NCBI RefSeq assembly: GCF_009914755.1
Contig: NC_060948.1
Source: the human T2T-CHM13v2.0 reference genome, Homo sapiens
Direction: 5' to 3' (one strand)
DNA: 64,000 nucleotides
The first letter of the stretch is position 1. Every line of letters starts with the position of its first letter. The notes beneath the pieces were generated by a model. It saw only the letters and a program-made list of their open reading frames with translations. It did not search any database and was not told where the DNA came from. Of the stretch, positions 1-13,471 are shown one piece after another. The translations under genes were made by a program, and so were the position numbers.

Positions 1-728
1 CTAATTATACCTTCATTTCTTATTCACCTTCCATTTGTATGTATGTATATTAGGGATGATCAGACATAAAATTTGCTAATTTTTACAACCTTTTACATCA
101 GATGGTTATTTTTCCATCATGATTAGAGAGAAGTTAGAATCAGTGTATCACTTTCACGGATTCACTCGGCAGTTAAAACACATCGTTAAAGCCATTCAAT
201 GAAATAACCAGAAAGGAGCAATTGACTTTTAACATTTGGCTCCACAGAATGTGTTTTAACCAGGTTCCACTTCCTAAATAACACATCATGCCATCATTTC
301 AGAATCATAAACAACAGTCATAGCAAAGATATGTCTAGTGATATTATAGAAAGCATATCAGCATGTTGACTTGTGGAAAAATCAAATTCACTGTTCGTAG
401 AAGTGGAAAATCAAGTGTTTGAAGAAATTATCCTCTTATGTTGTCATGTTTGTCTAAAATATGTTTAATATTTTGCAATGAATAAACAGTGGCATAACTA
501 AGTGGGCAAATATTTTCAAACTAGATAAATAAACCTGATTGAAGTTATTGGGCCCTTTTCATCAATCACGTTATTTCAGGAGGCAAAGTTATTGTATAGT
601 ATTTGTACTTGTATATTAGTAACAATGCACCACCATGTATTTCTTTTAAGTAACAAGATTTATAATTACAAGATTTATAAAATAGTTTACATTGAGGATG
701 TAGTTAGTGGATGAAAGATGAACTGAGA

Positions 729-1061
729 AACATTTATTTTCTTTTGTCTTTTTTTTTTTTTTTTTTTTTTTGAGACAGTGTCTCTCTCTGTAACTCACGT
801 TGGAGTGCAGTGGCACATACATGACTCACTGCAGCACTGACCTTCTGGGCTCAAGGGATTCTCCTGCCTCAGACTCCCGAGTAGCTGGGACCACAGGTGT
901 CTGCAACCATGCCCAGCTATTTTTTGTTGTTGTTGGTTTTTTGTAGAGATGCAGTCTTACTATGTTTCCCAGGCTGTTCTGGAACTCCTGGGCTCAAATG
1001 ATCCTCCCACTTGGGCCTCCCAAAGTGTTGAGATTACAGGTGTGAGCCACTTCGCCCAGCC
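729..1061 (-). mobile_element. AluJ-family SINE
   Basis: Poly-T followed by reverse-complement Alu dimer. J-type diagnostics 'actgcagc...tgggctcaag' and 'ctcctgggctcaaatgatcctccc'; heavy CpG decay. Confidence 0.93.
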
Positions 1062-1707
1062 CAGAAATTTTTCATTTGTTAAAGCATACTGATACATTAT
1101 TTTCTTTCCAAAGATTTTTTTCTTATAAAATACTATAAAGTCTATGTGTGTTTGAGGAGAAGAGGCATATATCCTGTATCCTGTATATACATTTGGTAAC
1201 TGTAAATAATTAAACACAGTTTCAGAAAAATATTCCCATTTGTTAAAAGCATAGAAGTTTTACCCTCCTACCATACAGAAGGGCCTCACAGATGGATAAA
1301 CCATGTTTGTAACTTTTTAGGTTCAGTAAATTACAACACACATCTTCTGTAACCCAATTCCAACTTTTTAACGTCTGTGCATGGAATTAATATAGGTTAA
1401 AAATGGGTATGAGGTCTTAAGCGAGCAAAATGAACTATCTAATTACTCTGTTGCTTAATAATATATTAAAGATTATTAGTTTTTAGTTCTGTTGTGTGTT
1501 TCCTACTTTTGAACAAGTTCCATAAGCTATAACTAAAACTATATGCTTACTTTTCATCTTTGGAAATGAAACAGAGTGTTTATATACTTGAATGCCCAGA
1601 GATGGAAAAGTCATATGTTGGACAAGAGCATCAGACACATGACTTATAGCCACTGAAATACTTTCAAATCATGACTTAGTCTACCATAGGGCATTATGAA
1701 AATGTAA

Positions 1708-1757
1708 AGACTCTGTCTCAAAAACAAAAAAAAAGAGAAAGAAAAAAGAAAAAAAAA
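1708..1757 (+). mobile_element. Alu 3'-terminal fragment plus A-rich tail
   Basis: 'agactctgtctc' (last 12 nt of Alu) followed by a 38-nt A-rich tail; no upstream Alu body. Confidence 0.6.
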
Positions 1758-3206
1758 GCATGAACACAAAAGCAAAAAATAATTAAAATAATTCATTGTC
1801 TTTATCCATTTTGGAGACTATTTGGAAAATCAGCTCTGAATAGAAAGAATGCAAAATGTGAAATGCATCACTTTGGTTGTTAGCAGGTGGTCACATGCAA
1901 TCCAATAAAATGTGGACCATATTATACTGGGTACTATATGTAATAGTTACAACCTAATATGCATAAAGTATATAGTTAATCTTGTCTTTCTGGATTATGG
2001 ATGCAAAGTCATTTAAATTTTAGAAATAATGAAGTGACTGATCTCGTTTCATCAATGTGCAAAGACTTCTCAAAGTCTGCTGCAGAAAAAAAAATTATTT
2101 TGGAAAAAAATATTTTGAATGTCATAACAATCAGCAGGTAACTTTTTAAAGAAAAGAACAGAACATTCATAAATTGGAAGTATCCTTAATGTTTTTGCAT
2201 GTTGCTGGAACATTTTACCTGCACACTTGTTCTTTAAATGTTCTCACTCTCATTTTATAAATACTTATGCAAGCTTTTCATGAAACGCATTTCTACATAC
2301 TACCTGCTGGTTCAGATTATGTCTTGTTCTATTTTATTGAAATAATTCAGGAGACTTTTAAAATTAGGTATATAGAGGGTGATTTTTTAAAATGCCTCTC
2401 TTAACAGTAGAATGAAACTGTCATTTACTGAAGCCACAACCTCCTGAGAAGGAAAATAAGAAAAGTCAAAAAGAAAACATTCAAGGAAGATGTCTTTCTA
2501 CCTTTTGCTATGTAATCTTTCTGTTGGTGCCCTACACCACTGCACACCTCCCTGCCAGCACATACACAGAATCACACACAGTTACTATTGGGAACAATAG
2601 ACAAAGAAAAAAATGTTTTTATTTTTTATTGGTATTCAAAGAACTGAGATGTAGAGGAAAAAGAGCTGCAGTGAAAGTCCAGCAATGAATTATTCAATTC
2701 CTTCAATTTGTTGACCTTAACGAAATGCAAAGTGATTTGAACTAAAAGTAATTAACAAGAGAGAGTGTGCCTAGTAAAACCAAGAAAGAATCATATTTGT
2801 TTCAGGAATCAATAACAGCCAGTGACTGAAGGTCATAAAGGAACCATTCAGGAAAACAAAGAGCCTTTTGCCAAGGCAGTTGTCATGCTGTATATGTGTG
2901 CACATATGCAGGGATTTTAGCTGTGACCGTGTACTAGGAAGATTTAATTACATGAAAATGTCTTCTACAGAAAATAAAGTGAGGAGAAAAATGAACTAAG
3001 AGGCACATCTCAGTGACACTAAAATGTCATTTTTGATGTCAAGTTTAACAGAAAATTGTTTCTGAGGACTGGCATCCAATGCAGTTTTTCATTTAAATAA
3101 AATATTCCAGTGTGACTAAAAGTAAAATTAAAAGCAACACTGAATAAAATTTAATGAAGAACTTTGGAATGATAATAGAGTTCTATAACATAGAACTAAA
3201 GCTGTG

Positions 3207-3488
3207 GGCCAGGCACGGTGGCTGAGGCCTGTAATCCCAGCACTTTGGGAGGCCAAGGCGGGCAGATCATGAGGTCAGGAAATTGAGACCATTCTGGCTA
3301 ACAAGGTGAAACCCCGTCTCTACTAAAAAAAATACAAAAAATTAGCTGGCGTGGTGGCGGGCGCCTGTAGTCCCAGCTACTCGGGAGGCTGAGGCAGGAG
3401 AATGGAGTGAACCAGCGGGCGGAGCTTGCAGTGAGCCGAGATCGCGCCACTGCGCTCCAGCCTGGGCGACAGAGCGAGACTCCGTCTC

Positions 3489-3513
<25 letters not shown>
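3207..3513 (+). mobile_element. AluY
   Basis: Full dimer with Y diagnostics ('ggctaac', 'gagaatgg.gtgaacc', 'ggagcttgcagtgag'), pure poly-A, and perfect 15-bp TSD agaactaaagctgtg (3192-3206 / 3514-3528). Confidence 0.96.
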
Positions 3514-3519
<6 letters not shown>

Positions 3520-3614
3520 AAAGCTGTGAACATGTTCCAAAGACTATTTTGGCACGCAGAAGCACATCTTTGTCTCTTCTGTTACGAAATCTCAATGAAA
3601 AACTCTTGAGCTTT

Positions 3615-3975
3615 TCCCAAATTGAAGGACATTCTATAAAATACCTAACTAGTACTTCTCAAAACTACCAAGGTCATCAAAAACAAGGAAAACTTGACGA
3701 ACTGTCATAGTCAAGATGCGCTGAAGGAGATATGATGACTAAATGATGTAATGTGGAACCCTAGATGGGATCCTGGGTCAGAGAAAAGACATTAAGAAAT
3801 AGAAATAAAGTAAAAATTAGTTAATAATAGTGTATAGATATATTGGTTCATTAGTTGGGGCACAATGTATTATAATAATGTAAGATGTTAACAACAGGGA
3901 AAATGGGTGTAGAGAAAGACTACCTGTACTAACTTTGCAACATTTTTTGAAATCTAAAATGATTCTAAAATTTAT
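3615..3975 (+). mobile_element. Old L1 3' UTR fragment (L1MC/L1MD type)
   Basis: Matches remembered L1MC/MD 3' end motifs 'aaattgaaggacattcta...caaggtcatcaaaaacaagg...gatgggatcctgg' and 'tgtaagatgttaacaa...ctttgcaac...aaatctaaaat'. Confidence 0.75.
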
Positions 3976-3995
3976 TAAAGATTCTGAAGTTTATT

Positions 3996-4315
<320 letters not shown>

Positions 4316-5604
4316 AATTCTGAAGTTTATTAAAAACATTAGAGCATTTTATCCTGGTATAAATTCCAGCAATATTATTGGCTTTTATTCCAATCTATCT
4401 TAATCTCTTTGAAATATGCTCATTAATTAAGAAGACAGCTATACAAAACATTACAATAATCAACAGGAATGGACATTTCCATTTTGTTTATACATTTTAG
4501 GAGCTGTGGTCTTGGGGAAAAACAAGAGGACCCAAAATGACTACAAAGATAAATTTTCATAAATGATTGTCCTGGAGCTGCTATATGCTAGATCTCATCA
4601 AGAAGAGCTTAGGGTTTCACTTGTAAAATAAAAGCATCTTCTCAGAGAACTGCTGTTTGGAGATTCATAAAAATAAATAGTAATTATTGGATTCAAGGCC
4701 CTAGAGAAACATATGTGTGTACTCTTTGGTGAGCAAATTGCTATTATTATCTTGAATTTAATACAATGAAGCATCACACATTGTAAAACTAAGGGAGTCA
4801 CAGAAATTTCAAAGTTATCTATTTCTACCTCAGCTATTTTAAACTCTCTTCTAGAAGCCAAAATAGTAAATACTTAAAAAGAAGTAATTTATAGTATTTG
4901 TTAACTAATTGGAATAACTAGATAAATGTAGTTTCATGAATGGTTAAGAAAACTTTTACTGAAACCAAAAGTATTGAGAAAATCATCGTGAATAGTAACT
5001 TAAATTTTGCAAAGGGTAAATGCAAACAGAATATGACTCATGAATAATATGGTAAGCACTGAACTGTAAGTAATCGTAGAACTGAGAAAGTATTAAAATG
5101 ATATAAATCTGCCCAAAAGTTAAGTATATGTGTTATTTATATTGGTCATGTCTAAAAGTGAACAAAAACTAAATAAACTGAATAATATAGTTGATTTTTC
5201 TATATTGATCTTATATCCTGCAACCTTGCTGGACTCTCGTTATTTCTAATAATTTTTGCAGATTCCTTAGAATATTCTATATACAGGATCATGTCATCTG
5301 CAAATAGAGATAGTTTTACTTCTTCCTTTCCAATCTGTATGAATTTTGTTTCTTATTGTTATTATCATTTTTGTTTTGCATAATTATCTTGGCTAGGTCC
5401 TCCAGTGCAACACGTTAGAAATGAGCAAGAGTGGATATTACTGTTATTTTCCTGGTCTTCGTGAGAAAGCACCCAATCTTTCATCATTAATTATGATGTT
5501 AGCTGTGGGTTTTTAATAAATGCCCTTCATTAGGTTCAGAAAGTTTTCTTCTATTCCTGGTGTGTTGAATATTATCCCCATAAAAGCATGCTGGATTTTG
5601 ACAG

Positions 5605-5640
<36 letters not shown>
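5605..5640. repeat. (TG)n microsatellite
   Basis: Directly visible TG run with one interruption. Confidence 0.95.
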
Positions 5641-5659
5641 CTATTAAAAAGATCATGTG

Positions 5660-5957
5660 GGTTGGGCGCCGTGGCTCATGCCTGTAAGCCCAGCACTTTG
5701 GGAGGCCTAGGCGGGAGGATCACCTGAGGTCTGGAGTTCGAGACCAGTCTGGCTAACATGGTGAAACCTCATCTCTACTAAAAAAACACAAAAAATTAGC
5801 TGGGCATGGTGGCATACACCTGTAGTCTAAGCTACTTGGGAGGCTGAGGCAGGAGAATCGCTTGAACCCGGGAGGCGAGGTTGCAGTGATCCGAGATCGT
5901 GCCTTTGCACTCCAGTCTGGGCAACAAGAGCGAAACCCTGTCTCAAAAAAAAAAAAA
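5660..5957 (+). mobile_element. AluS (Sq/Sp-like)
   Basis: Full dimer, 'caacaagagcgaaac' diagnostic, poly-A, TSD remnant aaaa(g)atcatgtg on both sides. Confidence 0.94.
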
Positions 5958-8577
5958 TCATGTGCATTTTGTTTCTTATTTTATTGATTTGCTATATGAT
6001 AGATTTTCCTATGGTGAATCAGTCTTGGATCCCTGGAATAAATCCCACTTGATTATGGTGTATAATTATTTTTGTACGTTGCTGAATTTGGTTCACTAGG
6101 TTTTTTTTCTAAACTTTTATCTTAGGTTTTGGTATTCATGTGCAGGTTTGTTATATAGATAAATTGCATGTGACAGGAGTTAAATATACAGATTATTTTA
6201 TCACCCAGGTAGTAAGCATGGTACCTGACAGGTAGTTTATTGATCCTGACCCTCCCCCGACCCACCACCCTCAAGTAGGCACCGATGGCTGTTGTCCCCT
6301 TCTTTGTATTCTTGTGTACTCAATATTTAGCTCCCACTTATAGGTGAGAACATGTGGTGTCTGGTTTTCTGTTCCTGTGTTAGCTTGCTTAGGACGATGG
6401 CGTCCAGCTCCATCCATGTTGCTGCAAAAGACATGATCTTGTTCTTTTTTATGGCTGCATAGTATTCCATGATACATATGTACCACATTGTTTTAATCCA
6501 GTATACTATTGATGGGTGTTTAGGTAGTTCCATGTATTTGTTACTGTGACTAGTGCAGCAATGAACATCCATGTGCATGTGTCTTTATGGTAGAATGATT
6601 TATATTCCTTGGGACTATACCCAATAATGGGATTGCTGGGTTGAATGGTAATTCTGTTTTAAGTTCTTTGAGAAATTGCCATTGCTTTCCACAATGGCTG
6701 AACAAATTTGCATTCCATCCATCAGTGCATAAGCATTCTGTTTTTTCCACACCCTCACCAGTATCTGTTATTTTACAACTTTTTAATAATAGACATTCTG
6801 ACTAGTGTGAGATGGTATCTTATTGTTGTTTTGATTTGCATTTTTCTAATGATTAGTGATGTTGAACATTTTTTCACATATATATTCCTTGCAGATTATG
6901 GATATTAGACCTTTGTTGGATGCATTGTTTGCAAATATTTTCTCCCATTCTGTAGGTGGCCTGTTTACTCTGTTCATAGTTTCTTTTGCTATGCAGAAGC
7001 TCTTTAGTTTAATTAGATATCATTTGCCAATTATTTTGTTGTCGTAATTGCTTTTGATTTCTCTGTTATAAAATCTTTGCCAGGTCCTATGTCCAGAATG
7101 GTCTTTCCTGGGTTATCTTCCAGTGTTTTTGTACTTTTAGGTTTTATATTTAGGTCTTTATTCCATCTGGAGTTGATTTTTGTATATGGTGTTAGAAAGG
7201 GGTCCAGTTTCAATCTTCTGCATATGGCTAGCCAGTTATCCCAGCACTATTTATTGAATAGAGAGTCCTTTCCACATTGCTTGTTTTTGTCGACTTTGTC
7301 AATGATCAGATGGTTGTAGGTATGCGGCTTTATTTTTGGGCTTTCTAATCCATTGCAGTGGTCAATGTGCTTGTTTTTGTACCAGTTCCACACTATCTTG
7401 GTTACTGTGTAGCCTTGTAATATAGTTTGAAGTCGGGTAATGTGATGCATCCAGCTTTTTTCGTTTTGCCTAGGATTGCTTTGACTATTAGGGCTTTTTG
7501 GTGCCATATGAATTTTAAAATAGCTTTTCTAATTCTGTGAGGCATGTCTTTGTTAGTTTGATGGAAATAGTATTGAATCTGTAAATTGCTTTGGGCACTA
7601 TGTTTGTTTTAACAATATTGATTCTTCCTATCCATTAGCATGGAATGCTTTTCCATTTGTTTGTGTCATCTCTAATTTCTCTGAGCACTGTTTTGCAATT
7701 CTTGTTATAGAGGTTTTTCACCTTCCCGGTTAGATGTTTCCCCAGATATTGTTCTCTTTTTGTGGCTATTGTGACTGGAATTGCATTCTTTATTTGGCTC
7801 CCAGCTTGGATGTCATTGGTGTATAGGAATGCTACCAATTTTTGTACATTGATTTTGTATCCTGAAACTTTGCTTAAGTTGTTTATCAGATCAAGGAGCT
7901 TTTTGACAGACACTATGGAGTTTTATAGGTATAGAATCATATCACCTGCAACAGGGACAGTTTGACTTGCTGTCATCCTATTTGGATGCCTTTTATTTCT
8001 TTCTCTTGTCTGATTGCTCTGTCCAGGATTTCCAGCACTGTTTTGAATAGCAGTGGTGAGAGAGAGAGCATTATTTTCTTGTTCCAATTTTCAAGGCAAT
8101 GCATCCAGCTTTTGCTCATTCAGTATGATGTTGGCTGCGGATATGTCATAGATGACTCATAGTTTTGAAGCAGGCTCCTTCAATGCCTAGTTTGGTGAGT
8201 GTTTCTAACATGAAGGGAAGTTTAATTTTATCAAAATCCCCTTCTGTATCTTTTGAGATACAAATGAGAATTTTATTTTCGGTTCTGTTTCTGTGACAGA
8301 TCACATTTATTGGTTTGCATTTGTTGAAACAAACTTGTATCCCAGGAATGAAGTCTATTTGATCATGGTGATTCACTTTTTTATGTGCTGCTGAATTCAG
8401 TTTGCTAGTATTTTGTTGAGAATTTTTGCATCTACTTTCATCAAGTATATTTGCATGAAGTTTTCTTTTTTTTGTTGTGTCTCTGCCAGGTTTTGGTATC
8501 AGGATGATATTGGCCTCATAGAATGAGTTAGGGAAGAGTCCCTTTTTCTCCATATTATAGAATAATTTCAGTAGGAA

Positions 8578-9237
8578 TGTTCCCAGACCAAACTGAGGTT
8601 CGGGCTGCTATTTCTTGTGGCCCAATAATGAGATGCAGATGAACTAGGGGGAAGAGAGTTTTTATTTCTGTAACCAGTTACAGGGACAAGGCCTGAAAAA
8701 TATTGCCAGACCAACTCAAAATTACAGTCTTTCAGAGCTTATATACTTTCTAAGCTATATGTCTACATCTAAGTGTGCATTCATTTAAAGACATAAGTGA
8801 TTAACTTCTTTTAATCTGTAACTAAGATCTGAGTCCTGAAGACCTTCCTCTGGAGCCTCAGTAAATTGACTTAACTTAGATGGGTCTAGCTGCTGGGGTG
8901 ATTACCCTTATCTTGTCTCCTGCTAAATCATGGAGGTTTGGGGAGTTCCTTTAGTCCCCAGTAAAGCTTGTTTGTGGAGGCCTGGGGAGTTTCTCCATAC
9001 TCCCAATAAAACTTATTTAATCCTAAACAGGTCCTGTTAAGAATTCCGTCATTATCTTGTCATGCTTTAAGGCCCAGGAAAGGCCTAGGCAAAACTGTTG
9101 GTGGGCTTTTGTTACATTCCATCCTGAGTGGTTATTAAAAGCTGATAGGTAAAGCTTTATCAGCTTTTAATAACCACTCAGTCAATACTGAAACAGTTGT
9201 TAGGGAGGTCTGTGTTAGTGAGACCTGGCCTGCCACA
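8578..9237 (-). mobile_element. ERV1-class solo LTR (MER39-like, subfamily tentative)
   Basis: TG...CA termini, 660 bp, 4-bp TSD ggaa (8574-8577 / 9238-9241). Removing it restores contiguous L1 'cagtaggaatggtactagctc'. Confidence 0.88.
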
Positions 9238-10113
9238 GGAATGGTACTAGCTCTTCTTTACATATCTGGTAGAAACTCACTGTGAATCTGTCTGGTTCTG
9301 GGCTTTTTCTGGTTGGAAGGCTATTTATTACTGATTCAATTTTGGACCTCATTTTTTATTTGTTCAGGGATCCAATTTCTTCCTGGTTTAGTCTTGAGAG
9401 GTTGTATGTGTCAAACAAGTTATCCATTTCTTTCAGGTTTTTTAGTTTGTGTGCATACATACACATGTTCATAATAGTCTCTGCTGGTTTTTGTATTTCT
9501 TTGGGGTCAGTGGTAATGTCCTCTTTGAAATTTCCGATTGTGTTTATCTAAATTTTCTCTTTTTTTCTTTATCTAGCTAGCAGTCTATCTGTCTTATTAA
9601 TTGTTTTCAAAGAACCAACTCCTGCATTCATTAATGTTTTTTATGGTTTTTAGCATCTCAATTTCTTTCAATTCAGCTCTGATTTTGGATATTTCTTTTC
9701 TGATAGCTTTGTGGTTGGTTTGCTCTAGTTTCTCTAGCTCCTCTAGTTGTGATGTTAGGTTGTTAAATTGAGATCTTTCTAAGTTTCTGATGTGGGTGTT
9801 TAGTGCTATAAACTTCCCTCTTAACACTGTTTTAGTTGTGTCCCAGAGATTCTAATATATTATATCTTTGTTCTCATTAGTTTCAAATAATTTCTTGATT
9901 TCTGCCTTAATTTCATTGTTTACTCCAAAGTCATTCAGGAGCAAGTTGTTTAACTTCATGTAATTATATGGCTTTGAATGATTTTCTTAGTATTAATTTT
10001 TATTTTTATTGCACTGTGGTCCGAGAGTGTGGTTTGTGTGATTTTTTAAAATTTGCTGAGGATTGTTTTATGTCTGATCATGTTGTCAATTTTGAGTATG
10101 TGCCATGTGCATG

Positions 10114-10636
<523 letters not shown>

Positions 10637-11498
10637 AGGAATTTTCATTATTATGATTATTTGCTTTTTCTTTTCTTTGACATCCTTGGGGGTTTGGTCA
10701 TTGTATAAGGTGGGTTCAGTTTACTGGCTTCATTTCTGGTACATTTTGGTGCAGGCAAGGCTCAGCTCAGCACTCCTGGGCTGTGTGGTCTAACTCTGGA
10801 GGGCTGCTGTTGGGCAATGGCACAGTAGGATGTATGTGCACTCTTGTGCCAGCAAGTGAAGGAAAGGCAAAGTCTACTTGCCTATGTGTGTGCCAGCAAA
10901 ACAATGAGAGTGTGGCTGTGGGCAAGTGCTTGCTGGCAAAGAGACATAAGGGAGGCTGCAGTGGGGAGAGGGTGCAGTTGGGCTGGTGCCAGTAGGCCAG
11001 GGCCACGATGCTGGAGCTCTCCGACAGTCAGCTGTGGTCTTCCTGTGCAGGAGCTATGATGCGGGATCCTGCAGGCACCCCATTTGAGTATTGGAGGCTA
11101 AACTGCAAGTAGGCGTGGCCAGGGTGGGGACCCAGGAGAGGTTAGCAGACAGGAGGCGCTCAGGGTGGACTGACTGGTCTCCTGGGCAAGATTGTTCTGC
11201 TGTGTTCTGGTTTGACAGTTTCCCTAAGTCTAGAGTGTCCTGAGGAGCATGGCGAGCCTTGGGGAATGGGCGTCCCTGGCAGTACTTGGCTGCAGATGTT
11301 CCCACACCAAACCTTCTGGGCTCCACATAGGCTGGAATTCTGCCCAGCCTTAAAAATCTTTAAGCAGTTCTTGCTGCTAGCTCAAGTGCCCATGGGGATC
11401 ATGGGGTCTCCTGCTACCAGGATTCCAGATGTCCGTGGCGAAAGTGAATCACTCCTCACATGTTCAATGCATCCCTTTCCTAGGAGTCTGGGTTCACT

Positions 11499-12380
11499 TT
11501 TTTTGTTTTTTTTTGTTTTTTGTTTTTTGTTTTGTTTTTTTTTTGAGAATCTGTGTGTTTACATTCCAGATATGATTCTGCAGCTTCCTTTTCTTGTGTT
11601 GTCTTTGCCTGGTTCTGGTGCCAGGAAATCATGGCCTCATACAGTGAATTAGAAAGTATTCCCTGACTCTTCTATTTTTTAAGGGGAGAATTTGTGAAGA
11701 ATTGGTGTTAATTATCCTTTAAACGTTTGGTAGAATTCAACAGTGAAACTAACTGGTCCTGAACTGGCCGACTTCTCTGTGTGTGATTCTCCTGCTTTAG
11801 GAGCTGAGTGCTTAGTGGAGGTAACAAAGTCGTCAGTGGTAGTAGCTTCAGCCATTCTTTGGCCATGAAACTACTGCATTACAAGTGAAGGCAAGGCAGA
11901 TTGGGACGCTAGTATTCTTGGTTGTATCTTTTCCAAGGTAGAACCTCCATCACTTGAATGGGGGCTGGGTAGAAAAGAAAGCCCTCACCTCTCAGCTGCA
12001 TTTACCTGAAACTTAGCCTCAACAACAGGAAGTTAGGGGCAGGGTAAGAAATTCTGACCTTATGATCCCTAAAAAAGATAACACTCCCACTGGGAGTCAG
12101 GTAAAAGGGAATGTTGTGTTCTTGGCTGCTCTCGTGTGTAACGGAGTTGTAGTCTTGCTGACCTGGGAGGAGAAAGGAAGGCACAGGTCTTCATACGAAT
12201 ACCACAGACTCTCGCTCTTTTTGTAGAATTTTAGTAGATTTTCTTGAACAAGTATATCTTCATTTGCTAGATGCTCTAAGATCATTTTCTGACGCTTTAA
12301 ATGGCTGTTTTTAAATTAATATTTACCAGTTTTGCAAGGGATTACATCCATGGAACTCCTCAGATGTCATGCTGGAAGTC
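11499..12380 (-). mobile_element. Old L1M host (part 2): ORF2 piece joined to 5' UTR
   Basis: ORF2 resumes ('tggcctcatacagtgaattagaaagtattcc...ggtagaattc'), then L1M 5'-end-like sequence ending 'catgctggaagtc'. Confidence 0.7.
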
Positions 12381-12559
12381 AGTTTTTACACTACGATTTG
12401 AATATAAAAGAATATAAAATCAGAGTTTATTGGCTAGGACAGTTGTTTTTTTATAGCCTGGAGCTTAGTGTATGAGACTTCCACAGATTGTGAAGGGGCT
12501 TGTATGTCACACTGGGAAATTTTAAAATTATCCTTTAAGAAATGCAGCACCCATGTACT

Positions 12560-13260
12560 ATCTAAGAATCTGAGTGATATGACCAGATTTGGGGTTTTAA
12601 AGAATAGTTCCAGAAGCTGTATGGAAGGGAAATTCAACTAAGCTAAGCCCAGATATTAAATGATTCAAGACCTTAAAACATGACTTGAAGAGTTAGAATA
12701 GATAGAGAATGAATTCAAGGGAAATATAAGAGAAAGTTGAGAAATTATTGATTGGATATAGATATTGACTAGCAGAAAAGTAAAAATTTGATAATGGAAC
12801 AATATTTTGTAGCTAATGTCTGATTTCAATGCTAGTGGAATACATAAGGAGAGAAACAAACTCGAAGCAGAATGTAATTACTATGGTTTTGAAGATATTG
12901 TTTTGATGTGGCTGTAGGACATCCTGTTGAAGATGCTTAGCAGGCAGCTAGAAGTATGGCTCTTGAGGTATGAGAGCATTTGAACTTGGAGATAGAAAGG
13001 TGAGAGGCATGATAAAATATACAATATTTGAAGTCACTGGAACAGATATTACCCAAGAAGATCACATAGAAGAGGAAGAAGATAACAGCTCCAAGGGTGA
13101 AATTCTGTCACAATATACTTTCAATGATATGATTGGAAGAAGAGAAGCCAGAAAATTCTACTGGAAGAAGATAACAAAACTGAATAGAGTAAGATAACAG
13201 CATTGCAGAACAATTGCCTGACAGAGTTTCAAGAAGGAAAGTATGGTCAGCCTTTCTATA
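12560..13260 (-). mobile_element. L2 fragment
   Basis: Decayed match to antisense L2 core 'ggacatcc...gaagatg...gcaggcagctagaagtatgg...ggagatag...tttgaagtcactgga'. Confidence 0.65.
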
Positions 13261-13387
13261 CCAAATTCGAACATTCAGTGGGTTTTTATATCTCCTTCTC
13301 TAAGATGATTATTCATGTAGGGTCCTAGAGAAGCTCCAATGGAGGTAAATATAAATAAGAGGAACATTCTTGACAGGAAGTATGTCC

Positions 13388-13471
13388 ATATAATTTAAAG
13401 AAACACTATCTGACAAAAAAAATGCTTATATATAATGTAAAGAAACACTATCTGACAAAAACTGTGCATAT
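13388..13471. repeat. 42-bp tandem duplication
   Basis: 'atataat(t/g)taaagaaacactatctgacaaaaa' at 13388 and 13430. Confidence 0.9.

Larger units (their letters stand above)
5183..6097 (-). mobile_element. Old L1M ORF2 fragment (host element, part 1)
   Basis: Antisense L1 ORF2 motifs 'ttgatcttatatcctgcaaccttgct', 'atcatgtcatctgcaaatagagatag', 'ggaataaatcccacttgat'. Interrupted by (TG)n and an Alu. Confidence 0.85.

Noticed and set aside
6271-9827. Cluster of minus-strand ORFs with reverse-transcriptase/endonuclease-like peptides
   Set aside because: Frameshifted fragments of L1 ORF2 in a dead element, not a host gene or a novel RT system.
10640-11490. GC-richer island with several overlapping ORFs
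   Set aside because: It is the L1PA 5' UTR. CpGs are depleted and the ORFs result from low stop-codon density.
12970-13197. Acidic 75-aa ORF that looks protein-like
   Set aside because: Lies within the purine-rich antisense strand of an L2 fossil.
13388-13471. Direct repeats with a short spacer, superficially CRISPR-like
   Set aside because: Only two copies, a simple 42-bp tandem duplication, in eukaryotic DNA with no cas genes.
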